The notes beneath the pieces are model-generated. The model did not search any database, was not told the DNA's origin, and was given only the letters and a program-made list of their open reading frames with translations. Both the position numbers and the translations under genes were made by a program. This document shows, piece by piece, positions 27,103 through 35,797 of a stretch of 64,000 nt of DNA. This DNA is from Bacillota bacterium (lineage in GTDB: Bacteria; Bacillota; Sulfobacillia; JAIMAT01), in the NCBI GenBank assembly GCA_029960955.1, contig JASBVS010000003.1:6194-70193 (forward strand). Reading direction: 5' to 3'. Each line of letters opens with the position of its first letter. Positions within the stretch are counted from its first letter, which is position 1.

Positions 27103-28080
27103 CTACTTCAGGTGGATCAGGTAGTCGGCCAGCGTCCGCGCCTCCTCCGGCGTCATCCCCATGGACTGCTGGAAGTTGGGCATGTCCGTGGGGTGGCTGA
27201 GCGGCGTCGGCGCCGGCAACGGTTCGAGCTGGCCCTCCGCCTTCCCGCCCAGCGCCCGCTCCAGCACCGGGAACGGGTCCTGGAAGTTGGACCAGTAGAC
27301 CGGCGCCCGGTTCTTCACCGTCGGCGCGTGGAGCACCCAGTTCTGCAGGAAGTCCACGTCCAGCCCCCAGCTGCCCACCTGGGTCAGGTCCGGCCCGATG
27401 CGCCCGCCCACCGAGCCGATGGTGTGGCAGCTGAGGCAGCCGTACTTGGCGATGAGCTTCTGCGCCTGGGCGTACGTGCCCGGATCGAGCCCGGCCGGCT
27501 CGGGCAGCTGCGCCACCAGCTTCGCCTGCAGGTCGGCGCCCCCCTTGGCCGCCTCCTCCGGGCTGACCGTCCCCGTCGCCATGGGCGGCGTGTACTTGCC
27601 GGCCAGGGAGAAGTCGCCGTTCATGATGAAGGCGACCACGTCGCTCACCATCTGCTCGTCCAGCGGCCCGTTCTGCGACCGCCCCCAGGCCGGCATGGCC
27701 GTGAAGGAGGCCCAGCTGCCGTCCGGCAGGCGCACCCAGTGCGGGACCGTGGAGCCGGGCCGGCCGTTCGTGATGGTCTGGGTCAGCATCGCGACCACGT
27801 CCTGCTTGACGGAGGGATCGCCCTGCAGGTCGGCCCGGTTGAGCGGCTTGCCCACCACGCCCTCGCCGTTCGGGCCGTGGCAGACCATGCAGTACTGCGC
27901 GTAGATGCGCGCGCCGTCCTCGACGGCCTGCCGGTGCTGCTGGGCGGCCGCGCTGGCCATGCGCAGGGGGTCGTAGATCGCGTAGCCGACCAGAAGCAGG
28001 ATCAGGAGCCACGAGAACGTCATCACCAGGAAGTAGACCCTTTCGCGGTCCTGGACGGGTTCATCGGCCACGCCGCCCAC
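27103..28080 (-). CDS. Membrane-anchored diheme cytochrome c (qcr-associated c-type cytochrome).
   Basis: Two heme-binding motifs (CMVCHGPNG and CLSCHTIG) after an N-terminal TM anchor. GTG start at 28080. It is the last gene of the qcr cluster. Confidence 0.75.
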   Translation of the reverse strand: MGGVADEPVQDRERVYFLVMTFSWLLILLLVGYAIYDPLRMASAAAQQHRQAVEDGARIYAQYCMVCHGPNGEGVVGKPLNRADLQGDPSVKQDVVAMLTQTITNGRPGSTVPHWVRLPDGSWASFTAMPAWGRSQNGPLDEQMVSDVVAFIMNGDFSLAGKYTPPMATGTVSPEEAAKGGADLQAKLVAQLPEPAGLDPGTYAQAQKLIAKYGCLSCHTIGSVGGRIGPDLTQVGSWGLDVDFLQNWVLHAPTVKNRAPVYWSNFQDPFPVLERALGGKAEGQLEPLPAPTPLSHPTDMPNFQQSMGMTPEEARTLADYLIHLK

Positions 28081-28291
28081 CTCCCCGGACGGGGTGCTGC
28101 GGCTGATCGACCCGCATCCAGCGGTCGATCGCGTACATCGAGACGTAGAAGACGCCGAGCGTCACCATGACCAGCAGGAGCTCGATCGCTTCGCCGCGTG
28201 CGCCCGACAGCTGCAACAGCACGTGCGACCCCTCCGTTCGCCGGCCCTTCCCGCCCGGGGCTGTCCGGGCCGGCCGCGAATGCGCCCTCTC

Positions 28292-28843
28292 TCAGCCCTT
28301 GAACGGCGTGATCTGGTTCGCCTCGACCGCGTGGCGCTGGTTGATCTTGCCCGTGTCGACCACCACGATCCCCTTCTCGATGGTCAGCGGCATCCAGTCC
28401 AGCGGCCGCGGCGCGGGGCCGGCGATGTTCTTCCCCGCGTGGTCGTAGATGGAGCCGTGGCATGGGCAGTGGAAGCGGTCCTCCGCCGGCACCCAGGGGA
28501 CCGTGCAGCCCAGGTGGACGCACCGCCAGTAGAGCGCGATCAGGCCTTCGACCGGCGCGTAGCGGGTGGTCACATGAGAAACGTAGAACTTGCCTTCGCG
28601 CACGACGGTCACGCTCAGCGGCTGCGCGAACTTGCTGACCGGTCCGGCCACCACCTTGCCGCCGAAGCCCTGGATCTTGCGCGGCCAGAACATGCCCAGC
28701 CCCACCCCGGCCGTGGCCAGGGCGAAGACGCCCGTCGAGCCCCACATCAGGTAGCGGAGGAGCCGTCGCCGGCTCACCTTCTCCGGCTCGGGCACCGGCT
28801 TGCGCGCCGGCTCCGGCTGCTGAGCCTCCGGTTGTACGCTCAC
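28292..28843 (-). CDS. qcrA: Rieske [2Fe-2S] subunit of menaquinol:cytochrome c reductase, with a Tat signal.
   Basis: Twin-arginine SRRRLLRYL. Rieske boxes CVHLGCTV and [12 protein letters not shown] start at 28843 after GGGGGTGA. Confidence 0.9.
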   Translation of the reverse strand: MSVQPEAQQPEPARKPVPEPEKVSRRRLLRYLMWGSTGVFALATAGVGLGMFWPRKIQGFGGKVVAGPVSKFAQPLSVTVVREGKFYVSHVTTRYAPVEGLIALYWRCVHLGCTVPWVPAEDRFHCPCHGSIYDHAGKNIAGPAPRPLDWMPLTIEKGIVVVDTGKINQRHAVEANQITPFKG

Positions 28844-28874
28844 GGAACGCTCACCCCCATGCGGACCGTCGCCT

Positions 28875-29642
28875 CTACTGGGTGAAGCCGGGCAGGTTCC
28901 ACGGCAGGACCAGGTTCATGCTCTCGCCGCGGAAGAACGTCCCGACCAGGGTCAGGGTCCAGAACGAGGCGAAGAAGAAGGCGTAGAGCGCGATCATCAC
29001 TTCCCGCCTGTCGGCCTGCCAGCGTCTCCGCACGAGGAGCACGAGCAGCGCCGGGATGAAGAGCATGATGGCGCTCGGCACCACGATGGCCGAGATCCAC
29101 TCCGGCCAGCCGAGCACCGTGTGCAGGTAGGGGCCGAGGCCGTGCCCGCCCTCCGCCGCGGGCAGGTACTGGTCCATCAGGATGAGGGCGACCTCCCAGA
29201 CCGCCGTGTAGGCCAGCGAGAAGAGGGCGATCGGCAGGCCCTTCTTCGTCGTGAAGTAGATGCCGGTGCCCACGCGCTCGCGGTCGATGTAGGGGATGGC
29301 CATCAGCCCGAGGATGACCACGCCCGGCACGATGACGCCGGCCAGCGAGGGGTGCATGTGGAGCAGGAGCTCCTGCAGCCCGAGGAAGTACCAGGGCGCC
29401 TTCGACGGATCGGGCGTCTTCTCGTCGTTGGCCAGCGTCTCCAGCGGCGCGTTGACGAGGACGGCCAGGAGGCCGAGCAGGAGGAGGAGCAGGAGGCCGC
29501 CGATCAGCTCGATGCTCAGCAGGTTGGGCCAGACGAAGACGCGCCGCAGCTCGTCCTCCGGTACGTCCTCGAAGAAGCGCTCGCGCGGGTTGGGCTTGGG
29601 CGCGCCCTCCTCCTCGATCCGTTCACTGGGCAAGCTGGACAT
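28875..29642 (-). CDS. Cytochrome b6-f subunit IV-like (PetD/QcrC N-domain homologue) as a stand-alone protein.
   Basis: [12 protein letters not shown]...three TM helices, resembling the N-terminal half of B. subtilis QcrC. ATG at 29642 with GAGGAG 10 nt upstream. It overlaps the qcrB 3' end by about 20 nt. Confidence 0.7.
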   Translation of the reverse strand: MSSLPSERIEEEGAPKPNPRERFFEDVPEDELRRVFVWPNLLSIELIGGLLLLLLLGLLAVLVNAPLETLANDEKTPDPSKAPWYFLGLQELLLHMHPSLAGVIVPGVVILGLMAIPYIDRERVGTGIYFTTKKGLPIALFSLAYTAVWEVALILMDQYLPAAEGGHGLGPYLHTVLGWPEWISAIVVPSAIMLFIPALLVLLVRRRWQADRREVMIALYAFFFASFWTLTLVGTFFRGESMNLVLPWNLPGFTQ

Positions 29643-30396
29643 GGCTTCCAATCTCCTCTTCCTCGTAGATCGGGGTGGAGATGCCGCCGTCCTTGCGGAT
29701 GCGCCAGAAGTGGATGCTCATCCCCACGATCAGCGCCAGCGGCAGGAAGATGACGTGCAGCGTGTACCAGCGCACCAGCGTCGCCGGCCCGACGCTGAAC
29801 CCGCCCAGGAGCGCGGTCCGGATGGCGCCGCCGACCAGCGGCGTCGAACCGGCCATGTTGGTGCCCACGGTGATCGCCCAGAGGGCCAGCTGGTCCCAGG
29901 GCAGCAGGTAGCCGGTGAAGCTGAGCAGGAAGGTGAGGACCAGGAGGCCGACGCCGACCATCCAGTTGTACTCGCGCGGCGGCTTGTAGGCCCCGGTCAG
30001 GAAGACCCGCGTCATGTGCATGAAGACGAGGAGCACCATGGCGTGCGCCGCCCAGCGGTGCAGGTTGCGCATGAACTGCCCGAAGGTGACGCTGGTCGCC
30101 AGGTTCTGGATGGAGAAGTAGGCGCCGGGCACGTCCGGCACGTAGTAGAACATCAGGAAGACGCCGGTGAAGGTGAGGATGAGGAAGAGCCAGACGCTCA
30201 GCCCTCCCAGCCCCCACGTGTAGGTGAGGCGGGTGGCCCGCTTGGGCACCCGCACCGGGTGCAGGTGGAGCGCGAGGCTCTGCAGGATGACCATCGACTG
30301 CCAGCGTGGCTGATCGGGGTACCGCGTCCGGTAGATGGACCTGTAGAGCGAGCTCTCGCGGATCCGCTCCCAGAGGCTCGGCCTGGGCTCCGCCAC
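29623..30396 (-). CDS. qcrB: Cytochrome b6 (menaquinol:cytochrome c reductase cytochrome b).
   Basis: FYYVPDVPGAYFSIQNL...RNLHRWAAHAMVLLVFMHMTRVFLTGAYKPPRE...TGYLLPWDQLALWA is collinear with B. subtilis QcrB. The start is moved to GTG at 30396 (GGGGGG/GGAG SD), because the ORF-track TTG at 30477 lies only about 11 nt downstream of the predicted transcription start. Confidence 0.8.
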   Translation of the reverse strand: MAEPRPSLWERIRESSLYRSIYRTRYPDQPRWQSMVILQSLALHLHPVRVPKRATRLTYTWGLGGLSVWLFLILTFTGVFLMFYYVPDVPGAYFSIQNLATSVTFGQFMRNLHRWAAHAMVLLVFMHMTRVFLTGAYKPPREYNWMVGVGLLVLTFLLSFTGYLLPWDQLALWAITVGTNMAGSTPLVGGAIRTALLGGFSVGPATLVRWYTLHVIFLPLALIVGMSIHFWRIRKDGGISTPIYEEEEIGSHVQLAQ

Positions 30397-30495
30397 CTCC
30401 GACCCCCCTGCGGGCGCCGCGCCGCGGGCCCGGCGGGGCGCCCTTACGTATGATTCCTCTACTTCCCAATGGTGCAAGTATCAGAATGCGCGTTC

Positions 30496-30524
30496 ATTAT
30501 ACCTGCCCAGGACCCCACGCTCAA
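30496..30524 (-). promoter_or_regulatory. Strong candidate sigma-A promoter of the qcr cluster: -35 TTGAGC, 17-nt spacer, -10 TATAAT.
   Basis: The complement of 30519-30524 is TTGAGC and of 30496-30501 is TATAAT (a perfect consensus -10). Confidence 0.5.
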
Positions 30525-30564
30525 ATCAGTGCTCCACGAATCCAGGGGGGCCGGGGGTGTCCCG

Positions 30565-31827
30565 TCAGGGGAGGGGCTGGAGCTCGCTGGGCCGGCCGAA
30601 CCTGCGCGCGGCCGCCGCCTCCACCCGGGCGCGCGCCTCGGCGGGGGCGAGGACGTAGAAGCGCCAGAGGGCGCGGTAGGCCTGGTCGAGCGCCTCGACC
30701 TCGGGACCGTCCAGCTCCCTGCGGCCCGAGGGCCCGATCACCCGCACCCGCGCCTCCTTCATGGCGCTCTCCTGGGCGCACCAGACGACGACCGTCCCCG
30801 CCGGCAGGCCGGCCTCGTCGGCCAGCTCCGCCTCCAGCCGGCGCCGCGCTTCGCCGCGCCGCCAGTAGAGGCGGGTCAACTCCGCCCGCTCCTCCCGCCC
30901 GGTGCTGCGCGGCGTCAGCACGTAGGCGCGCTTCAGGAGCCGCCGCTCGAGGACGCCCCGCGCCAGCCCGGCCACCACCTCCCGCGCGCGGCCTTCCAGC
31001 CCGGCGCCCTCGGCCAGCCAGGCGAGCAGCGTCTGGTCGCCGAAGGCGAGGAGGCGGGCCTCGTCCAGGGCGCCCGCCTCCAGCGCCGTCTCCACCGCCC
31101 GCGAGACCATGGCGCCCGAGGCCACCTTGGCGTGGTGGAAGTAGACGCGCTCGGTGAGGAAGTAGCGCGTGCGCAGGACCTGGATCACCTCGGAGCGGGC
31201 GTCCGGCCGCTCGATCCCCCGGTCCTGCAGGTTGAGGGCGAGGTGGCCCTCGTCGAGGACGAAGTAGCGGAAGACCCGGTCGTCGTAGTCGGGCTTCAGC
31301 CCGGCGTAGTAGGCGTCGCGGCGGAGGTAGTCGAGGAGGTCGGCGTCGACCGTCCCCGCCACCAGCTCGCCCGCCCAGGGCGGCAGGCTCCGTGCCCCGG
31401 CCCCCTCCCCGCGCGCGGGCTCCAGGATCTCGCGCACCGGCTCCAGGAGGTCGAGCCGCTCCAGCCGGCGGCCCAGCTCGCCCTGGAGGAGGAGGCCGAG
31501 ACGCGGCCCGCGGTCGTGGCGCGGGAGGAGCCCGCGCTCGTCCTCCAGCGTGTGGCCGAAGGGGACGTGGGTGACGTCGTGCAGGAGCGCCGCCGCGCGG
31601 ACGGCGCGGGCCACCTCCGGCGGCGCCGGGAAGCCGGCCCCGGCCAGCGAGGCCAGGATGCGGCCGGCCGTGGCCAGCGTGCCGAGACCGTGCTCGAGCC
31701 GGCTGTGCCTGCAGCCGGGGTAGACGAGGTAGGCGGTGCCCAGCTGCTGCACCCAGCGGAGGCGCTGCACCTCGGGGGCGTCGAGGAGCCAGGCCTCGTC
31801 GGGGGCGAGGGTGATGTCGCCGTGCAC
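30565..31827 (-). CDS. HD-domain phosphohydrolase (dGTPase-like superfamily).
   Basis: HSRLEHGLGTLATAGRILASL...LLHDVTHVPFGHTLEDE...DLLDYLRRDAYYAGLK. Confidence 0.7.
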   Translation of the reverse strand: MHGDITLAPDEAWLLDAPEVQRLRWVQQLGTAYLVYPGCRHSRLEHGLGTLATAGRILASLAGAGFPAPPEVARAVRAAALLHDVTHVPFGHTLEDERGLLPRHDRGPRLGLLLQGELGRRLERLDLLEPVREILEPARGEGAGARSLPPWAGELVAGTVDADLLDYLRRDAYYAGLKPDYDDRVFRYFVLDEGHLALNLQDRGIERPDARSEVIQVLRTRYFLTERVYFHHAKVASGAMVSRAVETALEAGALDEARLLAFGDQTLLAWLAEGAGLEGRAREVVAGLARGVLERRLLKRAYVLTPRSTGREERAELTRLYWRRGEARRRLEAELADEAGLPAGTVVVWCAQESAMKEARVRVIGPSGRRELDGPEVEALDQAYRALWRFYVLAPAEARARVEAAAARRFGRPSELQPLP

Positions 31828-31900
31828 CGGGTCGCGCAGGATCAGGCGAGCCGCCTCCGTGAGGAAGCGGCTTCGCCCCGGGCCGGCGGCTTCCTGCCGC

Positions 31901-32287
31901 TCAGCCGCCCTCTTCCTGGACGTAGTCGCGGAAGATGTAGCCGGACGGCCCGTGCATCACCTGCACCTCGATCCAGTAGCCCTGGTAGCTGCAGATGATC
32001 ACCTGGTCGCCCTGCTGGGCCTTCCCCACCAGGTTCGACTGCCCGTTGGGCGCCGAGCGGATGTTGACATCGCTGGCGGTGACGCGCCCGAAGCCCAGGA
32101 AGCGTTCCGGCACCCGGTCGCCCAGCAGCTCCAGGCTGAGCAGCTGCAGCCGCTGGTAGGCCCTCAGCTGGCTGACGATCTTCGCCTCGGCGGGCGCCTG
32201 CGCCGCGCGCGCCAGCTCCTCGTAGGTGGGCATCAGCTCCGACTCGTGCGCCCGCAGCTGGTCGGCCAGCGCCTTCAGGTCGGACAT
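31901..32287 (-). CDS. Small SH3b-domain protein.
   Basis: 128 aa; C-terminal RVTASDVNIRSAPNGQSNLVGKAQQGDQVIICSYQGYWIEVQVMHGPSGYIFRDYV. ATG at 32287 after GGGGGTGA. It is hidden inside a spurious 495-aa ORF in the track. Confidence 0.6.
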   Translation of the reverse strand: MSDLKALADQLRAHESELMPTYEELARAAQAPAEAKIVSQLRAYQRLQLLSLELLGDRVPERFLGFGRVTASDVNIRSAPNGQSNLVGKAQQGDQVIICSYQGYWIEVQVMHGPSGYIFRDYVQEEGG

Positions 32288-32368
32288 GGCGCTCACCCCC
32301 CGGCCTCTCGCTCCAGCCGTATGCGGGGGGGCCGCCCGCGATGCTAGATTGAGGGAACGAGGAGGGCG

Positions 32369-33337
32369 ATGGCATTGGCCCACGAGCTGGAGGACGGCCG
32401 GACCGCTTCCGACGAGCTGGGAAGCGCCATGGAGCGCGTGGTACAGGCCGCCGAGCGGCTGCACGCGGCGCAGCAGGAAGGCGACCTGCGCGAACCCCTC
32501 GCGCCCCGCTACCCGGACTACGAGCGCGTGGTCCGCCTGATCGGCAAGCTGCGCCGGGTGCTCTTCCCCGGCCACTACAGCGGGCGGCAGGCGGTCCGCC
32601 TCGACCCGACGGCCCTCAACGAGCGGCTGGGCGACATCTTCTGGGACCTGGCCGACGAGATCCATTCGGCGCGCGCGCACGCGTGCGACACCTCGACCTC
32701 GCTCTGCCCGGAGCTGAGCTGGGCGCAGTCGGTGGCCGCCGCCTTCCTGGCCGAGCTGCCCAGGATCCGCGCGATGCTCTGCGACGACGTCCACGCGGCC
32801 TACGACGGCGATCCCGCCGCCAAGAGCTACGACGAGATCCTCCTCGCCTACCCGGGCTTCTTCGCCGTACTCGTCTACCGCCTGGCCCACGAGCTCTGGG
32901 TGCGGGGCGTGCCGCTCATCCCGCGCATGATGACCGAGTACGCGCACAGCGTCACCGGCATCGACATCCACCCGGGCGCCCAGATCGGGCGGAGCTTCTT
33001 CATCGACCACGGCACCGGCGTGGTCATCGGCGAGACGGCGGTCATCGGCGACCGCGTCAAGCTCTACCAGGGGGTGACGATCGGCGCCCTCAGCTTTCCC
33101 AAGGACGAGAGCGGGGCGCTGATCCGCAACCAGAAGCGCCACCCCACGCTGGAGGACGACGTGGTCGTCTACTCCGGCGCCACCATCCTGGGCGGCGCGA
33201 CGGTGATCGGCCGCGGCGCCGTCATCGGCGGCAACTGCTGGGTGACCGAGAGCGTCCCCGCCGGCGCCATGGTCCTGCACCGGCCGACGGTGGAGCTGCG
33301 GCCGCCGCGCGAACCGGGCGCGCCGGGCGCCCGCTGA
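32369..33337 (+). CDS. cysE: Serine O-acetyltransferase with an N-terminal SATase extension.
   Basis: Left-handed beta-helix hexapeptide repeats: GIDIHPGAQIGRSFFIDHGTGVVIGETAVIGDRVKLYQGVTIG...DDVVVYSGATILGGATVIGRGAVIGGN. Confidence 0.8.
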   Translation: MALAHELEDGRTASDELGSAMERVVQAAERLHAAQQEGDLREPLAPRYPDYERVVRLIGKLRRVLFPGHYSGRQAVRLDPTALNERLGDIFWDLADEIHSARAHACDTSTSLCPELSWAQSVAAAFLAELPRIRAMLCDDVHAAYDGDPAAKSYDEILLAYPGFFAVLVYRLAHELWVRGVPLIPRMMTEYAHSVTGIDIHPGAQIGRSFFIDHGTGVVIGETAVIGDRVKLYQGVTIGALSFPKDESGALIRNQKRHPTLEDDVVVYSGATILGGATVIGRGAVIGGNCWVTESVPAGAMVLHRPTVELRPPREPGAPGAR

Positions 33338-33350
33338 GGGGGGAGGGCGG

Positions 33351-33872
33351 CTGGACGGGTACGGCTTCCTGACGACGCGCCGCGTCACCTGGCGCGACTG
33401 CGACCTGCTCGGTCACGTCAACAACGCGGTCTACTTCACCTACTTCGAGGAAGCGCGCACTCTCTGGCTCGAGCGCGCGCTGGGGGTGCCGCCCTCGGCG
33501 CTCTCCGGCGGGCGGCGCGGGGAGGCGGCGGGCGGGGAGGCGGAGGAGGCGCTTCCTCCCATGGTGCTGGCAAAGGCGAGCTGCACCTACCGGAGTCCGG
33601 CCCGCTTCGGCGAGGAGCTGCGCATCGGCGTCCGCCTGGGCGAGGTGCGCAGCTCCGCCTTCGAGCTCGAGTACGAGGTGGAGGCGGCCGACGGCCGCCG
33701 GGTGGCCAGCGGGCGGACGGTCCAGGTCTTCGTCGACGCGCGCAGCGGCCGGCCGCGCAGGCTGCCGCCGAGCTTCCGCCAGCGGCTGGAGGCGGCCGGC
33801 TCCGCGCCTCAGCCGCCCGGCTCCCGGCCGCGCAGCCAGCGGACCAGCGCCAGCGCGTCCTCCACCCGCTGA
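33351..33872 (+). CDS. 4HBT/YbgC-like acyl-CoA thioesterase; no canonical start codon is found at the conserved N-terminus.
   Basis: YGFLTTRRVTWRDCDLLGHVNNAVYFTYFEEARTLWLER... In this frame only CTG (33351) precedes the conserved N-terminus, and the first ATG at 33486 removes the catalytic region. The cysE stop is at 33337. Confidence 0.55.
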   Translation: MDGYGFLTTRRVTWRDCDLLGHVNNAVYFTYFEEARTLWLERALGVPPSALSGGRRGEAAGGEAEEALPPMVLAKASCTYRSPARFGEELRIGVRLGEVRSSAFELEYEVEAADGRRVASGRTVQVFVDARSGRPRRLPPSFRQRLEAAGSAPQPPGSRPRSQRTSASASSTR

Positions 33873-35797
33873 AAACTGGGCACCACGTAGGCTCCGGCCA
33901 CCCAGGGCCGGATGGCGAGCCAGACCTCCTGGACCACCTCCAGCCCGACGCGGCGCGCCTCGGCCCCCGCCTCCTCCATCCGCCGCAGGACCGCCTCGGG
34001 GATGCGGATGCCGGGCACCTCGTTGTGCAGGTAGAGCGCGTGCGGGTAGCTGGCCAGGGGCATCAGGCCGGCCAGGAGGGGGAGGGGTGCGCCGCCCAGC
34101 CGGTCCAGCACCGCCTCCAGCTCGGCCGGGTCGTAGACCGGCTGGGTCATGGCGAAGTGGGCGCCCTCGGCCACCTTGGCGCGGAAGCGCTCCACCTCCC
34201 GCTCCAGGTCGGCGGCGGCCGGGTTGAGCGCGCAGCCGATCAGGAAGTCCGTCGGCCGGGCCAGCCGGTTGCCGGCGGCGTCCTCGCCGCCGTTCAGCCG
34301 GCGGAGGAGCCGGATCAGCCCGATCGAGTCGAGGTCGTAGACGGCGGTGGCGTGCGCGTAGTTGCCCAGCGCGGGCGGGTCGCCGGTCAGCGCCAGCACG
34401 TTCCGGACGCCCAGCGCGTGCGCCCCCAGCAGGTCGGCCTGCAGGCCCATCAGGTTCCGGTCGCGGGTGGTGAAGTGGAGGATCGCCTCCACGCCGGCCT
34501 CGCGCTGGACCAGGTGGGCGGCGGCCAGCGAGGACATGCGCACCCGGGCCATGGGGCTGTCGCCCACGTTGACGCAGTCGACCCCCGCCTCCCGCGCCTT
34601 GCGCGCCTGGGCGAGGAAGCGCTCCGCCACCGCGCCGCGCGGCGGGTCGAGCTCGAGGCTGACCACCAGCCGCCGGCCGAGGCGGTCCGCCAGCCTGGCT
34701 TGCGCGCGCTCCCCGCCGGCCGGCGCGGGAGGACGGCTGTCTGCCGCCGGCTCGGCGCCCGCCTCCGGCGGGGCGACAGGCTCGGCCCGCAGGCCCGCCG
34801 GGGGTGCGAGGGAGGCTCCGCGGCCGGCCTCGCGCCCCGCCAGGGCGGCCCCGCGAGGCGCGGGCGGCTCTCCCCCCCGGCGGCGCGCCAGCTCGAAGCC
34901 GAGCCGGGCCACGTGCTCGGGCGAGGTGCCGCAGCAGCCGCCCACCAGCCGGGCGCCCAGCTCGAGACCGCGCGCCACCGTCTCGGCGAAGTAGGCGGGG
35001 CGGGAGGGGTAGCGGACCCGTCCCCCGCTCCGCTCGGGCAGGCCGGCGTTGGGCGAGAGCGCCCAGCGCGGCCGCCGCGCGGGCGGCACCCGCGCGGCGA
35101 CGGCCTTCTCCAGCCGCGCCAGGCTCTCCAGGCTCGGCGCCGGCCCGGCGCCGCAGTTGACGCCCATCAGCTCCGGGAGCGGCTGGTCGCCCAGCGCCTC
35201 GAGGAACTCCTCCAGCGCCCGCTCCACCGGCGTGCCGAAGAGGGTGGTCCCGTCGGCGGAGAAGGTGAGGAAGGCCGCCGCCGGCAGGTCGGACTCGGCC
35301 CGCACCGCGCGCAGCGCCAGCGCCAGCTGGCGCGGGTCGGAGAAGGTCTCCAGGAGGAAGAGGTCGGCGCCGCCCGCGACCAGCGCGCGCACCTGCTCGC
35401 GGTAGGCTTCCTCCACCTCCGCCGGTTCGAGCGGGCCCAGGGGCGCCAGCGCGCCCTGGCAGGGCCCCAGCGAGGCGCCGACGAACGCCTCCTGGCCCGC
35501 CATCTCCCGCGCCTGCCGCGCCAGCTTGACGGCCGCCACGTTGAGCGCCCAGACCTCGCCCTGGAGGCCGTGGCGCGCCAGCGCCAGGCGGTGTCCCTGG
35601 AAGGTGTTGGTCGTCAGGAGGCGCGCGCCGGCGCGCAGGTAGTCCAGGTGGAGGTCGAGGACCAGCTCCGGCGACTGCGCGTTGAGCAGCTCCAGCGACC
35701 CGTAGAGCGGCGCCCCGCGCGCGTGGAGCTGCGTGCCGACGGCGCCGTCCGCCAGGAGCGGCCCCTCCTCCAGCGCGGCCAGGAAGGGGCTGCTCAT
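33809..35797 (-). CDS. yitJ: Bifunctional homocysteine S-methyltransferase / 5,10-methylenetetrahydrofolate reductase (YitJ-like).
   Basis: N-terminal Hcy-binding domain (GAVGTQLH...LLTTNTF...GVNCG...GGCCGTSPEH). C-terminal MTHFR domain (LVVSLELDPPRG...ILHFTTRDRN...LALTGDPP). ATG at 35797 overlaps the upstream stop (ATGA). Confidence 0.85.
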   Translation of the reverse strand: MSSPFLAALEEGPLLADGAVGTQLHARGAPLYGSLELLNAQSPELVLDLHLDYLRAGARLLTTNTFQGHRLALARHGLQGEVWALNVAAVKLARQAREMAGQEAFVGASLGPCQGALAPLGPLEPAEVEEAYREQVRALVAGGADLFLLETFSDPRQLALALRAVRAESDLPAAAFLTFSADGTTLFGTPVERALEEFLEALGDQPLPELMGVNCGAGPAPSLESLARLEKAVAARVPPARRPRWALSPNAGLPERSGGRVRYPSRPAYFAETVARGLELGARLVGGCCGTSPEHVARLGFELARRRGGEPPAPRGAALAGREAGRGASLAPPAGLRAEPVAPPEAGAEPAADSRPPAPAGGERAQARLADRLGRRLVVSLELDPPRGAVAERFLAQARKAREAGVDCVNVGDSPMARVRMSSLAAAHLVQREAGVEAILHFTTRDRNLMGLQADLLGAHALGVRNVLALTGDPPALGNYAHATAVYDLDSIGLIRLLRRLNGGEDAAGNRLARPTDFLIGCALNPAAADLEREVERFRAKVAEGAHFAMTQPVYDPAELEAVLDRLGGAPLPLLAGLMPLASYPHALYLHNEVPGIRIPEAVLRRMEEAGAEARRVGLEVVQEVWLAIRPWVAGAYVVPSFQRVEDALALVRWLRGREPGG

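Noticed and set aside
28094-28885. 263-aa plus-strand ORF covering the Rieske gene region, and 28023-28745 on the minus strand.
   Set aside because: They are antisense to, or frame-shifted from, the qcrA and cytochrome c genes, with no domain similarity.
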